Shown in pieces: positions 1-11,916 of a stretch of 64,000 nt of DNA. Position 1 is the stretch's first letter. Each line of letters starts with the position of its first letter. The notes under the pieces were generated by a model. The model was given only the letters and a program-made list of their open reading frames with translations. It was not told the DNA's origin and ran no database searches. Location: positions 161,014,001 through 161,078,000 of the forward strand of contig OZ024742.1 of assembly GCA_964016885.1 (NCBI GenBank). The letters are read 5' to 3'. Made by a program: the position numbers and the translations under genes. Source of the DNA: Eledone cirrhosa (Eukaryota).

Positions 1-2367
1 CTGCACAAGAGGTAAATCGCCAGGTTTAGATGGTCTGCCCTACGAACTTTATGCATTTATGCCAGACTTGTTCGGTGACCTCTTGGCAGACGTCTACTGC
101 AACTGGCAGCAGAACGGGAGCATTCCCAGTTTTGTGACCGGGAACAGTGACGCTGCTGAGAAAAGACCCGAACAAGGGGGATGTTATTGATAATTTCAGG
201 CCCATAAGCCTGCTAAACGCAGAGTTCAAGATTTTGGCCAAGGTGTTAGCAACGAGGTTGGCGCTTGTCGTCAATGGTCTGGTGGGAGAGGCGCAGACAT
301 GCGCCATTCCGGACAGATCCATACACGACAACCTCCACCTCATGCGATACATCATAGAGAGGGTGGTTAAAGAACCTGGCAAGGGTGGGGCCCTGATCAA
401 CTTGGATCAATCCAAAGCATTCGATAGGGTCGACCATCGGTACCTGGCGGCGGTCCTCGAGGCAGCCGGTTTCGGGCCCGTTTTCAAGGGTTGGATCGCA
501 GCAATATACAGCGACATCTACTCAGTTGTGAGGGTGAACGGTCACCTGTCGCAGCCGTTCAGCATCATGCACTCAGTCCGCCAGGGTTATCCCCTCTCGT
601 CCCTCTTGTACGTATTGGCTCTCGAGCCGTTACTGCACAAACTGGGGGCCATGAGGGCGTCCCACGCGAACTAGGATGCGGGAAATCCGAGTCGGCTTAC
701 GCTGACGACGTCACCATGGTGGTGTCGAGCATCAGACACGTCCAGATGCTCAGCACCGTTCTCAAGGAATACGAAGCGGTGACCTGAGCAAAGAAAAACC
801 AGGAAAAGTCGGTGGGCTACGCATTTGGAGAGGCAAGTCCATGCCGTCCGACAGCGTCGTGGGGCGTTGGACGGACGGACCGGTTAAATTGCTCGGGGTC
901 TGGTTTGGACCGGACCTCCAGATGGAGAAAAACTGGAACGAGGTGACGAGCAGTGTGGCCTCCCTCACCCAGAAATGGGCTGAGAGGAAGCTGTCCCTGA
1001 AAAGCCGGGCGGAAGTGGCGAATGCGTACATCGCATCCGTCATCTGCTACCGCCTGACCCTCGTCCCTTGCTCCAGCCCAACTCTCACCAAAATGGAGCG
1101 CCTCCTCTTCCGCTTTTTGTGGAAGGGACGCGCTCCCATGGTCAGACGATCCATCTGCTGTCAACACCCGTTGCGTGGAGGACTGGGCATGCCATGGCTG
1201 ATGATGCGCAAACATGCGCTGAGGCTGCGACATCTCTGGTGCTTCCTTGATGGTGAACGGGTGTGGTCGCCGTTCGCCAGGCACATTTTCCCACAGCTCG
1301 TCTCCTTGACGGAGCTGCAGTCCTGGGTCAGAAAAAGACCGAGGGATAGCGCTTAGAAACTGGAATGTCTCCAGGCGCTCACTGCCCTCTCCCAGTTGGG
1401 CACGAGTATCGGTGGAACATCCACCTCGGCGTTCTATAGAGGACTAGTGGAGGGGAAGAGCGACGACATTCTCGGAGAGATCCTGGGCGTCGAAGAAGAT
1501 CAGCTGTTTGCTCTCTTCAAGAGAACTTTCAGCCCGGGGCCTATGGATAACTTCCAAAAATCCCTGGCCTGGCAGTGCTACCGGGGAGCGCTGCCGGAAG
1601 TGCCCTCAGCCTGGCAGTGCTACCGGGGAGTGCTTCCGGAAGTACCGTCAGCCGAGCCTCTCCGAGATGCGCGCAGAGCGACGAAACCGTTGTGCACGCA
1701 CTCGTTCAGTGCCCGAGCATTGCTGACTTGTGGAGCTATGTCGAACAGTTGCTGTCGCGTGTGGGACTGATCCGGTTGTCGACTGAGTCCATTGTGCAGA
1801 TGGTCTCACCGTCTTCCTTCGAGGAGGAAGGGCAGGCGGTTTTCATCTGCCTGGTGGCCATGGCGAAAGAGATTGTGTGGTGGACAAGGTTAAAAGGATT
1901 AAAGACAAACACTTTCCTCTTCGGCGAATCCATAATTAACTTTTTCAAGTTTCACTTGAAGAGGAAAATCAGGGTGGAGAGGCAAGTGCTGTCTTCTAGC
2001 AAGTTTGTTGAAAGGTGGATGAATGTAGCGAGAATGGTCCGAGTGAACGGGACCACTCTGAATATACGTCTGTAGTTTGAGAGATGGAAAAATTGAGAGA
2101 GGGCGCTTTCCCTGGTAGTCAGGGTGGCTGTGGTCTTTTGTGTGGGTTTTCGCCACGGGTAACCCTCGGAGGTTTCCCCCCTATTGGGGAATTTTTCATT
2201 GTTTCAATTTTCATTTTATTGCTTATATATATATATGTTTTATGTCTTTTTTTTCTTTTCTTATATAAATAATAAAAATATTTACACGCACAAAACCCAC
2301 ATCGTACCGTCCTGTGCCGTCTGTAATGTTTTTCTTGATGTCAGCCCTTGTGGCCAATAAAGAAATC
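1..2367 (+). mobile_element. Tx1-clade (L1 group) non-LTR retrotransposon copy A; 3' part of ORF2 (RT plus C-terminal CCHC), disrupted; runs off the window start
   Basis: ORF pieces 147-674, 491-787, 841-1356, 1396-1770 and 1575-2075 carry FRPISLLN, DQSKAFDRV, SVRQG, YADD and ETVVHALVQC. They are collinear with ORF2 of copy B but have stops and frameshifts. Ends AATAAAGAAATC then (ATT)n. Confidence 0.93.
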
Positions 2368-2384
2368 ATTATTATAATTATTAA

Positions 2385-2427
<43 letters not shown>
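2368..2427. repeat. (ATT)n microsatellite joining Tx1 copies A and B
   Basis: Direct reading of the sequence. Confidence 0.97.
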
Positions 2428-2635
2428 GGCGACCTACGTAGGAAATCGTATTATCGTGAGCTCCGCAAAGGTTTGTTATTTCCGTTTGTTTAAAAATTGC
2501 CATTTATGGAAAATTTTATTGTAAACTGTTTATAAGCACACATACATTGTTTTCCGAAAAGGACACCCAAAAAGATTGGGGCCTTGTGCCCAAAATTTTA
2601 ACTTTTATTATTATCCAAAAATTTCTTTGAAAAAA

Positions 2636-4632
2636 ATGGCTAATTCCCCTATGCACGAAGCAGCTGAAAGCCTTCCTCACAAAATAACACCTCACACCGA
2701 CACCACCATTGTAAATGTTACTACGTTTGCCAACACAAAAAAAAATATAAGCAGTAGCAATATTTTAAATTTGTCTCAGGCAGACATTCATTTCCCGCCA
2801 TTACCAATGACTGCAGGTGTTAAACCCTCCACCACCACCACCACCACCGCGACAACAGAAACAAAAGAAGAAAAAAATAAATTAACTCGTGACGTCGAAA
2901 TGAAATCAAGCAAAATGGACTCTTCCCCACCAAAGACGACTGACGTCACCACCACCACAACTGAAAATAAAATTAATATCAACGATAGCAACAACAACAA
3001 CAATGACATTATAAAACCGACCCTCAGTTTCGCCATCGTAGCAAAACAATTCGAAGCGTTCACGGTAACTCAAGAAGATTTAGAAAATGCCAAACAAATG
3101 GTAAAGAAAGATGGGTACAGGGTCAGCCTCACCCCCACCCCCCCCCACCTAATAAAATGGAGCATCGGCGCCTGTGCACCGTGTCATATAGAACAATAAA
3201 TGTAAAATCGCGCCGAGTGGAACGGGCATCCGAGTCCCAAATCCAAAAAGCTTTGGGACATGTGTGGGCAAGAAAAACCCACATCAGACGTGGGCAAAAG
3301 TATGGAACCGTGGATGTGTTCTTTGAAACACCAGAGGAGGCTAGAGAACACTCCATGGCCCCATTAAAAAGTGACGACTTCACACTCGTCTCAAGCTATT
3401 GTGGCCAGAGACTCGTAAAGATCAGGGTGACCCACGTTCCACCGGCCATCGAAATTCCCTGGCTAATAGCGGCTGTCATCGCCGGCATCGAGGCCAACAC
3501 GAAAATAATAACAATAGCAAAAGAAAAGCAGGAAAACTGGTCCGGATCTGGGATGGAGCTCCTGATCCAAGCGGACCAAAAAAGCATTGTGGAGATCCCA
3601 GAGGTAATAGACCTCACTGACGGCAGCCACCTCACGGTAATTGTCGAGGGCAGAAGACCTAGGTGTGTCGTTTGTGGTGAAGGAACCCACCTAAGGGCTT
3701 TCTGCCCTCAGGCTAAAAGGTTGAGGCCACCTCTCCTACCCACCCCAGTGACACAACCATCAACACCACCAGTAGCAGAGATGCCAGCAACAACTGTAGC
3801 AGCAACAACAGAAGCAACTATAACAGCAACAACCCCAGCAACAGTAGCAAAACCAACACCACTACCACCACCAGCAAAACCAACACCACTACCACCACCA
3901 GCAAAACCAACACCACCACCACCCAACGCTTCAGAACTAGCACCAGCGCCTACACCATCCACCACACCACAACCAAAACTAACGGCTGTGGAGGATTTTC
4001 CACTCCCCGGCCTATCACAACTGGAGACAGATTGTGACGACGAGGAGTGGGAAACGATATCCGGAAAAAAAAAAAGAAACCAAAAAAGAAAAAATTCTCT
4101 TCCTTCCCCCTCCAAAAACAAAATACAGAGGGAAACAAATAAACTAAGAAACAAAAAAGTTAGGACAGATATGCCACCATCCACACCAGCATCACCAACC
4201 CTATCAACCCAAACACCAACACCATCACCATCATTAACTCCAACACCACCATCACCTACACCACAAAAGTCACCAAAATGCGAAACAGAAACAAACCCAC
4301 AACAAACGCAAACAAAACAAAACAACCAAAACGATACACACTACACAGCATTAAATTTGAACAACAAGCAATTATTGCACTACATCCAACACAACACCAG
4401 CATCACAGAAAAAGACTACACAACAACCCCAAAATTCACACCACCTCCACACATACAAATCACTCGCATCACACAGAAAACGTACATGACACTAAAACAA
4501 AAATTCCCCAAAGACATCGGAGACTTCCGACAAGCACTCTCCAGGAGGATTTATAAGGACATCCTTCCTGAGGAGGCCACAAGCAGTGAAAAGGATGGAA
4601 AAACCGTCCTTCCCCTACGAGAAGTAAGGTAA
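2636..4632 (+). CDS. Tx1 ORF1 (gag-like: RRM-like region, CCHC zinc knuckle, Pro/Thr-rich linker); one frameshift near 3130-3157
   Basis: ATG at 2636 (MANSPMHE). Continues in ORF 3157-4632 with KYGTVDVFF and CVVCGEGTHLRAFC (CX2CX4HX4C). Homologous to copy C ORF1 (CFVCGEKTHLRAFC). Confidence 0.85.
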
Positions 4633-4666
4633 GTGGTCTTTCCCATCTTTTCCACTCCTTTTCAAC

Positions 4667-7600
4667 ATGACCTCACTCAGAATAGGCAGCATAAATGCGC
4701 GTGGCTTGGGGTCGTCATGGAAGCAGGGCCACCTGCTCAACGACCTCAGGTCACTAAACATAGATGTAGTGGCCATCAGCGAGACCAGAATCTCCGAAGC
4801 ACAGGCTTTCGCACCGATCTTCGGCGGATACGATGTGTACGCATCTCCCAGCCGTCCGGGATCGGGGGGAGGAGTTGCTGTGCTTTTTCGGAGAGGTTTG
4901 GATCTTGCCATACGGGCCATCTTCCTGGACCCAGAAGGTAAGTTGGTGGTGCTGGACGTGACCAGCGGAGACGGGCAAGCTTTCAGGTTAGTGGCCGTCT
5001 ATGCCCCGACAGGAGCAGGGCGGCCTTATTTCTTCCGGCGTCTGGAGACCTTTCTTGGAACGTCCCGCTCTTTAGTGTTAGTGGGCGACTGGAACGGGAT
5101 CTTAGATGCACGCTGGGATTGTGTGGGATTAGTGGATAGGGAAGGAGGGTGCAAGAGTCTCACCAACCTGCTCAGACGTTTTGAACTGTCTGACAGGTAC
5201 CGAATGGATTTCCCGAATGTACCAATGTGGACTTGGACAAATCGCATAGGGTCATCCAGATCATATCTAGATAGAGTATTTTGTAGGGAAATAGATAGGT
5301 CTAGCATAGGCTGTCCACAATTCAAGATAGTAAGCTACACGGACCACAAATTCGTGATCTGTGTGCTTGACTTAGATAGGCTTCATAGACGAGGACCCGG
5401 CTACTGGAAGTTAAACGCGTCCTTACCAGCGCGCAAGGCCTACAGAGACCGGATTAGCGAACTAGTTAAGCGGGCGTTGACGGGGGCCATCGTCAACAAC
5501 AAGTGGTGGTTTGCTCTGAAAAGAGCAATTAGAATAGAGTCCATTAGGTTTAGTAAGACTTTAGCAATAGAGAAAAATAGAGCAGAGGGAGAATTAGTTA
5601 GAAAATTAGATGAGGCGCTTAGCAAAGGCATCGCGACCGACGTACTTGCGGCGAAATTGGCCCTTGACCAATTCTTCAATGCAAAGCACGAAGGTTGCGT
5701 TGTCAGAGCTAGGGTGCGTGCTCTCAGACACGAGGGGACGAAAGCCGTTCAATGGGCCCGAGTGGCGGAGGCGCGTCGTGGCAACAAAGCCACGATCCGG
5801 TCTTTGGTGGACCACGACGGGCGCATGCTACTCGATCCCGGGCAAATGTGTGAAGCTTTTCAGCGACACTTCGCTCAACTGTTCGGGGGCAGTGGCAGGC
5901 CGGATCGAGGGATGGACTTTAGTGTCTACCTCGACGGACTGCCGCGGCTTTCGGCTACTGAGGCGGAGTGTTGCGAAAAGCCGATAACAACCGCTGAAGT
6001 ACGGGATGCAATGACTAGTTGCACAAGGGGTAAATCGCCTGGTTTGGATGGTCTGCCCTATGAACTTTACGTACAAATGCCAAACTTGTTCGGAGGCCTC
6101 TTGGCGGACGTCTACTGCAACTGGCAACAGAACGGGAGAATTCCCAGCTCTGTGAGCCGAGGAGCGGTGGCGCTGCTGAGAAAGGATCCGAACAAGGGGG
6201 ATAACATAGATAATTTTAGGCCCATAACTCTGCTAAACACAGAGTTCAAGATTTTGGCCAAGGTGCTAGCAAAGAGGTTGGCGCTTGTCGTTGGTGGTCT
6301 GGTGGGAGAGGCACAGACATGCGCCATTCCCGACAGATCCATCCACGACAACCTCCACCTCATGCGATACATCGTAGAGAGGGTAGCTAGGGAACCTGGC
6401 ACGGGTGGGTCTTTGATCAATTTAGATCAGTCGAAAGCCTTCGATAGGGTCGACCATCGTTACCTAACGGCAGTCCTGAGGGCGGCTGGCTTTGGGCCCG
6501 TCTTCAGAGGCTGGATCGCAGCCATTCACAGCGACATCTGCTCTGTAGTGAGAGTGAACGGTCACCTTTCGGAACCGTTCAACATCATGCGCTCGGTCCG
6601 CCAAGGATGTCCCCTCTCGTCCCTATTGTACGTATTGACTCTCGAGCCATTACTGCACAAACTGGAGACGTTGAGGGGGGTCCCGCGCGAACTAGGATGC
6701 GGAAGATCCGTGTCAGCATATGCCGACGATGTCACCGTAGTGGTGTCGAACGCCAAACACATCGAGGCGATCGGCACTACACTAAGAGAATACGAAGCGG
6801 TGACAGGAGCAATGATCAACCAGGAAAAGTCAGTTGGCCTGCAGCTCGGCACCTGGAGAGGCAGGTCCATGCCGTCCAACAGCGTCGTCGGGCGCTGGAC
6901 GGACGGACCGGTTAAATTGCTAGGGGTCTGGTTCGGTCCAGACCTCCAGACGGACAAAAACTGGGACGGGGTGACGAGCAGGGTGGCTTCTCTCACCCAG
7001 AAATGGGCCGAGAGGAAGCTATCCCTGAAAGGTCGAGCGGAGGTGGCGAATGCGTACATCGCATCCGTCATCTACTACCGCCTGACCGTCGTACCTTGTC
7101 CTAAGCCCCGCCTGACTGCGCTGGAGCATTTGCTCTTTCGCTTCTTGTGGAAGGGACGCGCTCCGATGGTCAGGCGGTCCATCTGCTGTCAACACCCGCT
7201 ACGTGGAGGGCTGGGCATGCCGTGGCTGATGATGCGCAGACTCGCGCTCAGGCTACGACATCTCCACCTCTTCCTCGACGGTGATCAGGTGTGGTCGCCG
7301 TTTGCAAGACACGTTTTTCCCCAGCTCGTCTCCTTGACGGAGCTGCAGTCCTGGGTCAAGCGAAGACCGAGAGGGAGCGCTTGGAGACTGGAATGTCTTC
7401 AGGCGCTCACAGCCCTCGACCAATCGGGCAATGTGATCGGTGGAAACTCCACCTTGGCGTTCTATAGGGGATTAGTGGAGGGGAAGAGCGACGACGTACT
7501 TGGAGAAACTCTAGGCGTCGACGAAAATCAACTAGCCAATCTCTTCGGAAGGACTTTCGGGCCGGGGCCTATGGACAACTTCCAGAAATCCCTGGCCTGG

Positions 7601-8086
7601 CAGTGCTACCGAGGAGCTTTGCCAGTTCGGGATAAACTCTACAGGCATGGAGGTGCCGTCAGCCGGGCATGTCCGAGATGCGCGCAGGGTGACGAAACCG
7701 TCCTGCACGCACTCGTCCAGTGTCCGAGCATTGCTGACTTGTGGGTTTATGTCGAACACCTGCTGTCACCTGTAGGACGGATCCAGCTATCAGCTGAGTC
7801 CATCGTGAGGATTGCCCCGCCCCCTTCCTTTAGCCTGGAAGGGCAGGCAGTTTTTATCTGTCTGGTGGCCATGGCGAAAGAGATAGTATGGTGGACACGT
7901 TTGAAAGGGCTGAAGACGAGCACCTGCCTCTTCGGTGATGCCCTGATTAACTTTTTCAAATTTCATTTGAAAAGGAAAATCAGGGTAGAGAGGGAAGTGC
8001 TCTCTTCCCAGCATTTTGTTGAAAGATGGGTGAGAGAAGCAAGTATGGCCCGAATGAATGGGCCTTCTCTGAGTATGTGTCTGTAA
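4667..8086 (+). CDS. Tx1 ORF2: APE endonuclease, reverse transcriptase and C-terminal zinc knuckle; intact, 1139 aa
   Basis: APE motifs INARGL, SETR, VYAP, GDWN, YLDR, TDH. RT motifs SPGLDGL, FRPITLLN, DQSKAFDRV, RQGCPLS, YADD. C-terminal CPRC...ETVLHALVQC. Confidence 0.97.
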   Translation: MTSLRIGSINARGLGSSWKQGHLLNDLRSLNIDVVAISETRISEAQAFAPIFGGYDVYASPSRPGSGGGVAVLFRRGLDLAIRAIFLDPEGKLVVLDVTSGDGQAFRLVAVYAPTGAGRPYFFRRLETFLGTSRSLVLVGDWNGILDARWDCVGLVDREGGCKSLTNLLRRFELSDRYRMDFPNVPMWTWTNRIGSSRSYLDRVFCREIDRSSIGCPQFKIVSYTDHKFVICVLDLDRLHRRGPGYWKLNASLPARKAYRDRISELVKRALTGAIVNNKWWFALKRAIRIESIRFSKTLAIEKNRAEGELVRKLDEALSKGIATDVLAAKLALDQFFNAKHEGCVVRARVRALRHEGTKAVQWARVAEARRGNKATIRSLVDHDGRMLLDPGQMCEAFQRHFAQLFGGSGRPDRGMDFSVYLDGLPRLSATEAECCEKPITTAEVRDAMTSCTRGKSPGLDGLPYELYVQMPNLFGGLLADVYCNWQQNGRIPSSVSRGAVALLRKDPNKGDNIDNFRPITLLNTEFKILAKVLAKRLALVVGGLVGEAQTCAIPDRSIHDNLHLMRYIVERVAREPGTGGSLINLDQSKAFDRVDHRYLTAVLRAAGFGPVFRGWIAAIHSDICSVVRVNGHLSEPFNIMRSVRQGCPLSSLLYVLTLEPLLHKLETLRGVPRELGCGRSVSAYADDVTVVVSNAKHIEAIGTTLREYEAVTGAMINQEKSVGLQLGTWRGRSMPSNSVVGRWTDGPVKLLGVWFGPDLQTDKNWDGVTSRVASLTQKWAERKLSLKGRAEVANAYIASVIYYRLTVVPCPKPRLTALEHLLFRFLWKGRAPMVRRSICCQHPLRGGLGMPWLMMRRLALRLRHLHLFLDGDQVWSPFARHVFPQLVSLTELQSWVKRRPRGSAWRLECLQALTALDQSGNVIGGNSTLAFYRGLVEGKSDDVLGETLGVDENQLANLFGRTFGPGPMDNFQKSLAWQCYRGALPVRDKLYRHGGAVSRACPRCAQGDETVLHALVQCPSIADLWVYVEHLLSPVGRIQLSAESIVRIAPPPSFSLEGQAVFICLVAMAKEIVWWTRLKGLKTSTCLFGDALINFFKFHLKRKIRVEREVLSSQHFVERWVREASMARMNGPSLSMCL

Positions 8087-8330
8087 ATTAAAGGTGGAAA
8101 ACTGGGAGAGGGCACTTGCCCTGGTCGTCAGGGCCACTGTGGTCTTTTAATGGGCTTTCTCCACAAATGTCCCTTGGAAGTCTCCCCCCTATTGGGGAAT
8201 TTTTTTCTTTGTTATTTTATTTCAACCTCTGTTTTTTTACACGCAGAAATGCCCATTTGTACCGTCCTGTATTGTCCTGTACTGTCCTTAATGTCTACTT
8301 TATGTGAACCCTTGTGGTTAATAAAGAAAA

Positions 8331-8385
<55 letters not shown>

Positions 8386-8629
8386 GTATATATATGTATA
8401 TATATGTATATAAGAGAGAGAGAGAGTTAGTAGAGAAAGACTTAAGATTATTTTTACACAAGTATATGATGTTCTTGATATCAAGTTGAACGTGGCCTTT
8501 GATTTCAATTAAACAGCGGGGAGTTCCAACAAAAGAATTATTATATACATACAGAAAAGGGGCAAAAACAAAACAAAAACTAGAAGTAGTAGTAGTAGTA
8601 GTATTAGTAGGCACACATGTATGTAAATA

Positions 8630-8685
8630 TATATATGTGTGTATATATATATATATATAATCAAATACATGTATATATATATATA

Positions 8686-8764
<79 letters not shown>

Positions 8765-8789
8765 GTATATATATATATATGTATATATT

Positions 8790-8868
<79 letters not shown>

Positions 8869-8899
8869 TATGTATATATTATACATGTATATATATATG

Positions 8900-8930
<31 letters not shown>

Positions 8931-8931
8931 T

Positions 8932-8987
<56 letters not shown>

Positions 8988-9105
8988 AATATATACATAT
9001 ATATATACACACACACCTATATATATATATATATATATATATTTATGTATATATATATATATATACATACATATATAGATAATATATATACATAATATAT
9101 ATATT

Positions 9106-9160
<55 letters not shown>
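8630..9160. repeat. Long imperfect (TA)n microsatellite
   Basis: Direct reading; source of the IYIY pseudo-ORFs. Confidence 0.97.
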
Positions 9161-9161
<1 letters not shown>

Positions 9162-9515
9162 CGTGAGACCGGAGTGAGTGTCAGCTGTTGTCCATAAACA
9201 CTTTGCTTGTCAGTTGTCTATTAGTGCTTTTGGGAAAAACAATAGCATGACAGAGCGAATATATTATATTTTCAGTAAACGAAGGCTTCTTCTAGGGCGA
9301 AAACATTAAGAACAACGATTTAGCTTCTTTTGACACTACCACCACCACCTATCACTTTAAACTATACCATCACCACCATCACCTAAATCATCACTACCAT
9401 CACTCCACGCCAACATTAACCCAACATCCATCCAGCCCTCCCTGCGAACACTATCACATACCCCACAACCAATCTCACACCACTGCCGCTATTATCATTA
9501 TGGAGTCATCATCAA

Positions 9516-9704
9516 GTGGATTGGCAGTATCGGTAGGGAGTCGGACGCCATGCTTTCCAGCATAGTTACGTCCCTTTACGGTCTGAGTTCAAATCCCGCC
9601 GAGGTTGACTTTGCCTTTCATCCTTACGGGGTCGATAAAATAAAGTACCAGAAATGTACTGGCTAATTGCTGGCCTTGTGCCAAAAAAGTAGAAACAATT
9701 ATTA
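9516..9704 (+). mobile_element. tRNA-derived SINE with MetaSINE/MESC-type central domain
   Basis: A box TGGCAGTATCGG, B box GAGTTCAAATCC, central GCCTTTCATCCTTACGGGGTCGATAAAATAAAGTACCAG, tail GGCCTTGTGCCA...AGAAACAATTATT. Confidence 0.88.
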
Positions 9705-9871
9705 TCCTTACCCTCGTCATTGTCTTCGTCGTCAACATCATAAACAGCAGCAACACAAATTTAAGATATCAAAATGATATATACATGCATATATATATAT
9801 AAAAGACGTAAAATAAGAAAATCTTTTAAAAAAATTTTTTTTAAATTTTTTACTTACTTACTTAAATTTTC

Positions 9872-9953
9872 ACTCCAACTAATTAGTTTCTGCAATGGGA
9901 TAAAGACAGTTACGTAATCTAACTGTCGAGAATTTATTGCGTCATCAGGGAGT
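9872..9953 (-). ncRNA. Type I hammerhead ribozyme with extended stem II
   Basis: Minus strand ACTCC-CTGATGA-cGCAAT..GACAGTTA/TAACTGTC..ATTGCa-GAAA-CTAATTAG-TT-GGAGT. Stem I is ACTCC/GGAGT; stem III is palindromic. Confidence 0.8.
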
Positions 9954-10006
9954 CTATTCTCAGCTAAGTCTCCAGGCAATGCGCGGACACTGGCGGCTCA
10001 TATAAA

Positions 10007-10196
10007 AATAATTGTTTCTACTATTGGCACAAGGCCAGCAATTAACCAGTACATTACTGGTACTTTATTTTATCGACCCCGTAAGGATGAAAGGCAAAGT
10101 TAACCTCGGCGGGATTTGAACTCAGAATGGCAAGGGTCGTAACTCTATGTGTCAAAGCATGGAGTCCGACCCTCTACCGATACTGCCAATTCACGG
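10007..10196 (-). mobile_element. MetaSINE-type SINE with target-site duplication
   Basis: Reverse copy of the 9516 SINE. CGGCTCATATAAAAATAAT is repeated at 9994-10012 and 10194-10212. Confidence 0.9.
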
Positions 10197-10641
10197 CTCA
10201 TATAAAAATAATAATAATTCGGTAGATGGAACAGCTAGCGAGGACTAAATTCCATGCACTGAAATCCTCACTGCCTCTAGTCAAATGGCCGATTCTAAAG
10301 AATCAATCACGTGACACAGAGGCTAGTCAGAAGGAATGGGATGGTAAGATGACAGACGCCTACTAACACCCCCCAAAAAAATTTTTTTTAAAGGTGGTTT
10401 TGGCAGGTTTGCTCGACAAATCAGTGATTTGGAGATAAATATAGATAATTTAATATATCAACTAACATAAGCGCACAGATGCACGCCCATGCCAGCAAAT
10501 ACACAGGTTATGTCATAGTACCTAGGTGGTTCAATGCAGGAGGATGCAGAACAATAATATAAAAGACGTAAAATAAGAAAATCTTTAAAAAAAATTTTTT
10601 TTAAATGTTTTACTTACTTACTTAAATATATATATATATAT

Positions 10642-11221
10642 TTGTTTTGCGAGGTTTTTGATATGAAATCGTGTGTCGAAACAAATATTGTTATACTTGG
10701 GGAGGGTCATATTGTTGTAATAATGTTGCCAGAAGTAATAACAGAACACACTCACTGTTTGGTTGGTTTTTCGCTTCTGTATCTTTTATATCTCCATAGT
10801 TAATTTATTTGGCAATCAATGTTTATCATTGACTGACCAACGGTTAAAAATACAGATATAAATATATATATATATATATAGTCTAACAAAGTTCTTTCGT
10901 TGCACATCTGCAACATCATAAGTGGTACTATTATGCTCCTCCTGTTGTATTGTATGTCTACAACAGGAAGAACATAATAGTACCACTGATGATGTTGCAG
11001 ATGTGCAACGAAAGAACTTTGTTAGACTATATATATGTGTTTATATCTATATTATATCTTTGTATTTTTGACCGTTGGTCAGTCAAAGATAAACATTGAG
11101 GACCAAATGAATTAACTGTGGAGATATAAAAGATACAGAAGCGAAAACCAACCAAACAGTGAGTGTGTTCTGTTATTACTTCTGGCAACATTATTACAAC
11201 AATATAACTCTCCCCAAGTAT

Positions 11222-11228
<7 letters not shown>
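10642..11228. repeat. Nested fold-back: outer inverted arms (~10685-10862 / ~11043-11228) enclosing an inner palindrome 10881-11027 with hammerhead-like cores
   Basis: Arms are reverse complements. The inner plus arm reads CTGATGA-t-GTTGCA-gatg-TGCAAC-GAAA; the minus arm has CTTATGA. Confidence 0.85.
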
Positions 11229-11272
<44 letters not shown>

Positions 11273-11560
11273 CCCGTGTCCCCCCTCCATTCGGTTAGTT
11301 TACTTCGTTTTTTCCTCTTTCCTTTTTTCTCTTTCTTCCTCTCTCTTCACTATCTTCTATTTTCTTCTCCTCGGGGTCTTTTGATTGATAAAAGGCCTTG
11401 GGCGCGCTGCTGATCGATTTCGATGTCCTGTTTTAAGCGCCGAAACATCTATGATCTGCAGTTAACAGCTGGTGAAGGGGTTCTTCTCTTGTTTCGTCCA
11501 TATTACCATCTTACATTTTGTTTACAGTAACCACACAGCCCGCTTCGTTTCTTGTAATTT

Positions 11561-11619
<59 letters not shown>

Positions 11620-11704
11620 AAACGGTAAACAGAAATAACAACACAATCGGTACAGTATATGGAAGGTATATATTAGGTTAACGCTTGATATAGCAGGAAG
11701 AGGG

Positions 11705-11740
11705 TCTTAACGTTTCGGACGCTAGTCCTTCATCAGAAGA
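11705..11740 (-). ncRNA. Minimal type I hammerhead ribozyme
   Basis: Minus strand TCTT-CTGATGA-a-GGAC-tagc-GTCC-GAAA-CG-TT-AAGA. Confidence 0.82.
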
Positions 11741-11916
11741 AAGAATGAGAAATAAAATAGATTCAGGAGACGGGCGGGATGGAATTGGAAAAAATGTCTT
11801 TAGATAAAAATAACAGGTCCATTCATGTTGACATGAAAAAAAGTCAAGAAGGAAAAAAACACGAGAAAATAATGATCCTACATATTAATTTAACATTTGA
11901 TATACTAGGAAAGGAG

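Larger units (their letters stand above)
2428..8331 (+). mobile_element. Tx1-clade retrotransposon copy B, full length (5'UTR, ORF1, ORF2, 3'UTR), flanked by (ATT)n
   Basis: Starts ATTATT|GGCGACC, has two ORFs, and ends AATAAAGAAAAC followed by (ATT)n at 8332-8380. Confidence 0.95.
9801..10627 (-). mobile_element. Terminally redundant hammerhead-containing element (Penelope pLTR/retrozyme-like), interrupted by a SINE
   Basis: A 67-bp direct repeat at 9801-9867 and 10561-10627; hammerhead at 9872-9953; (TA)n on both sides. Confidence 0.7.

Noticed and set aside
3708-7959. Antisense ORFs within Tx1
   Set aside because: Shadows of the sense codon pattern; no independent motifs.
9160-9270. Mariner transposon 5' fragment
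   Set aside because: Too short, with no TIR pair or transposase motif to support it.
9516-9605. tRNA gene
   Set aside because: A and B boxes are followed by a SINE core and tail, there are multiple copies with TSDs, and no clean cloverleaf forms.
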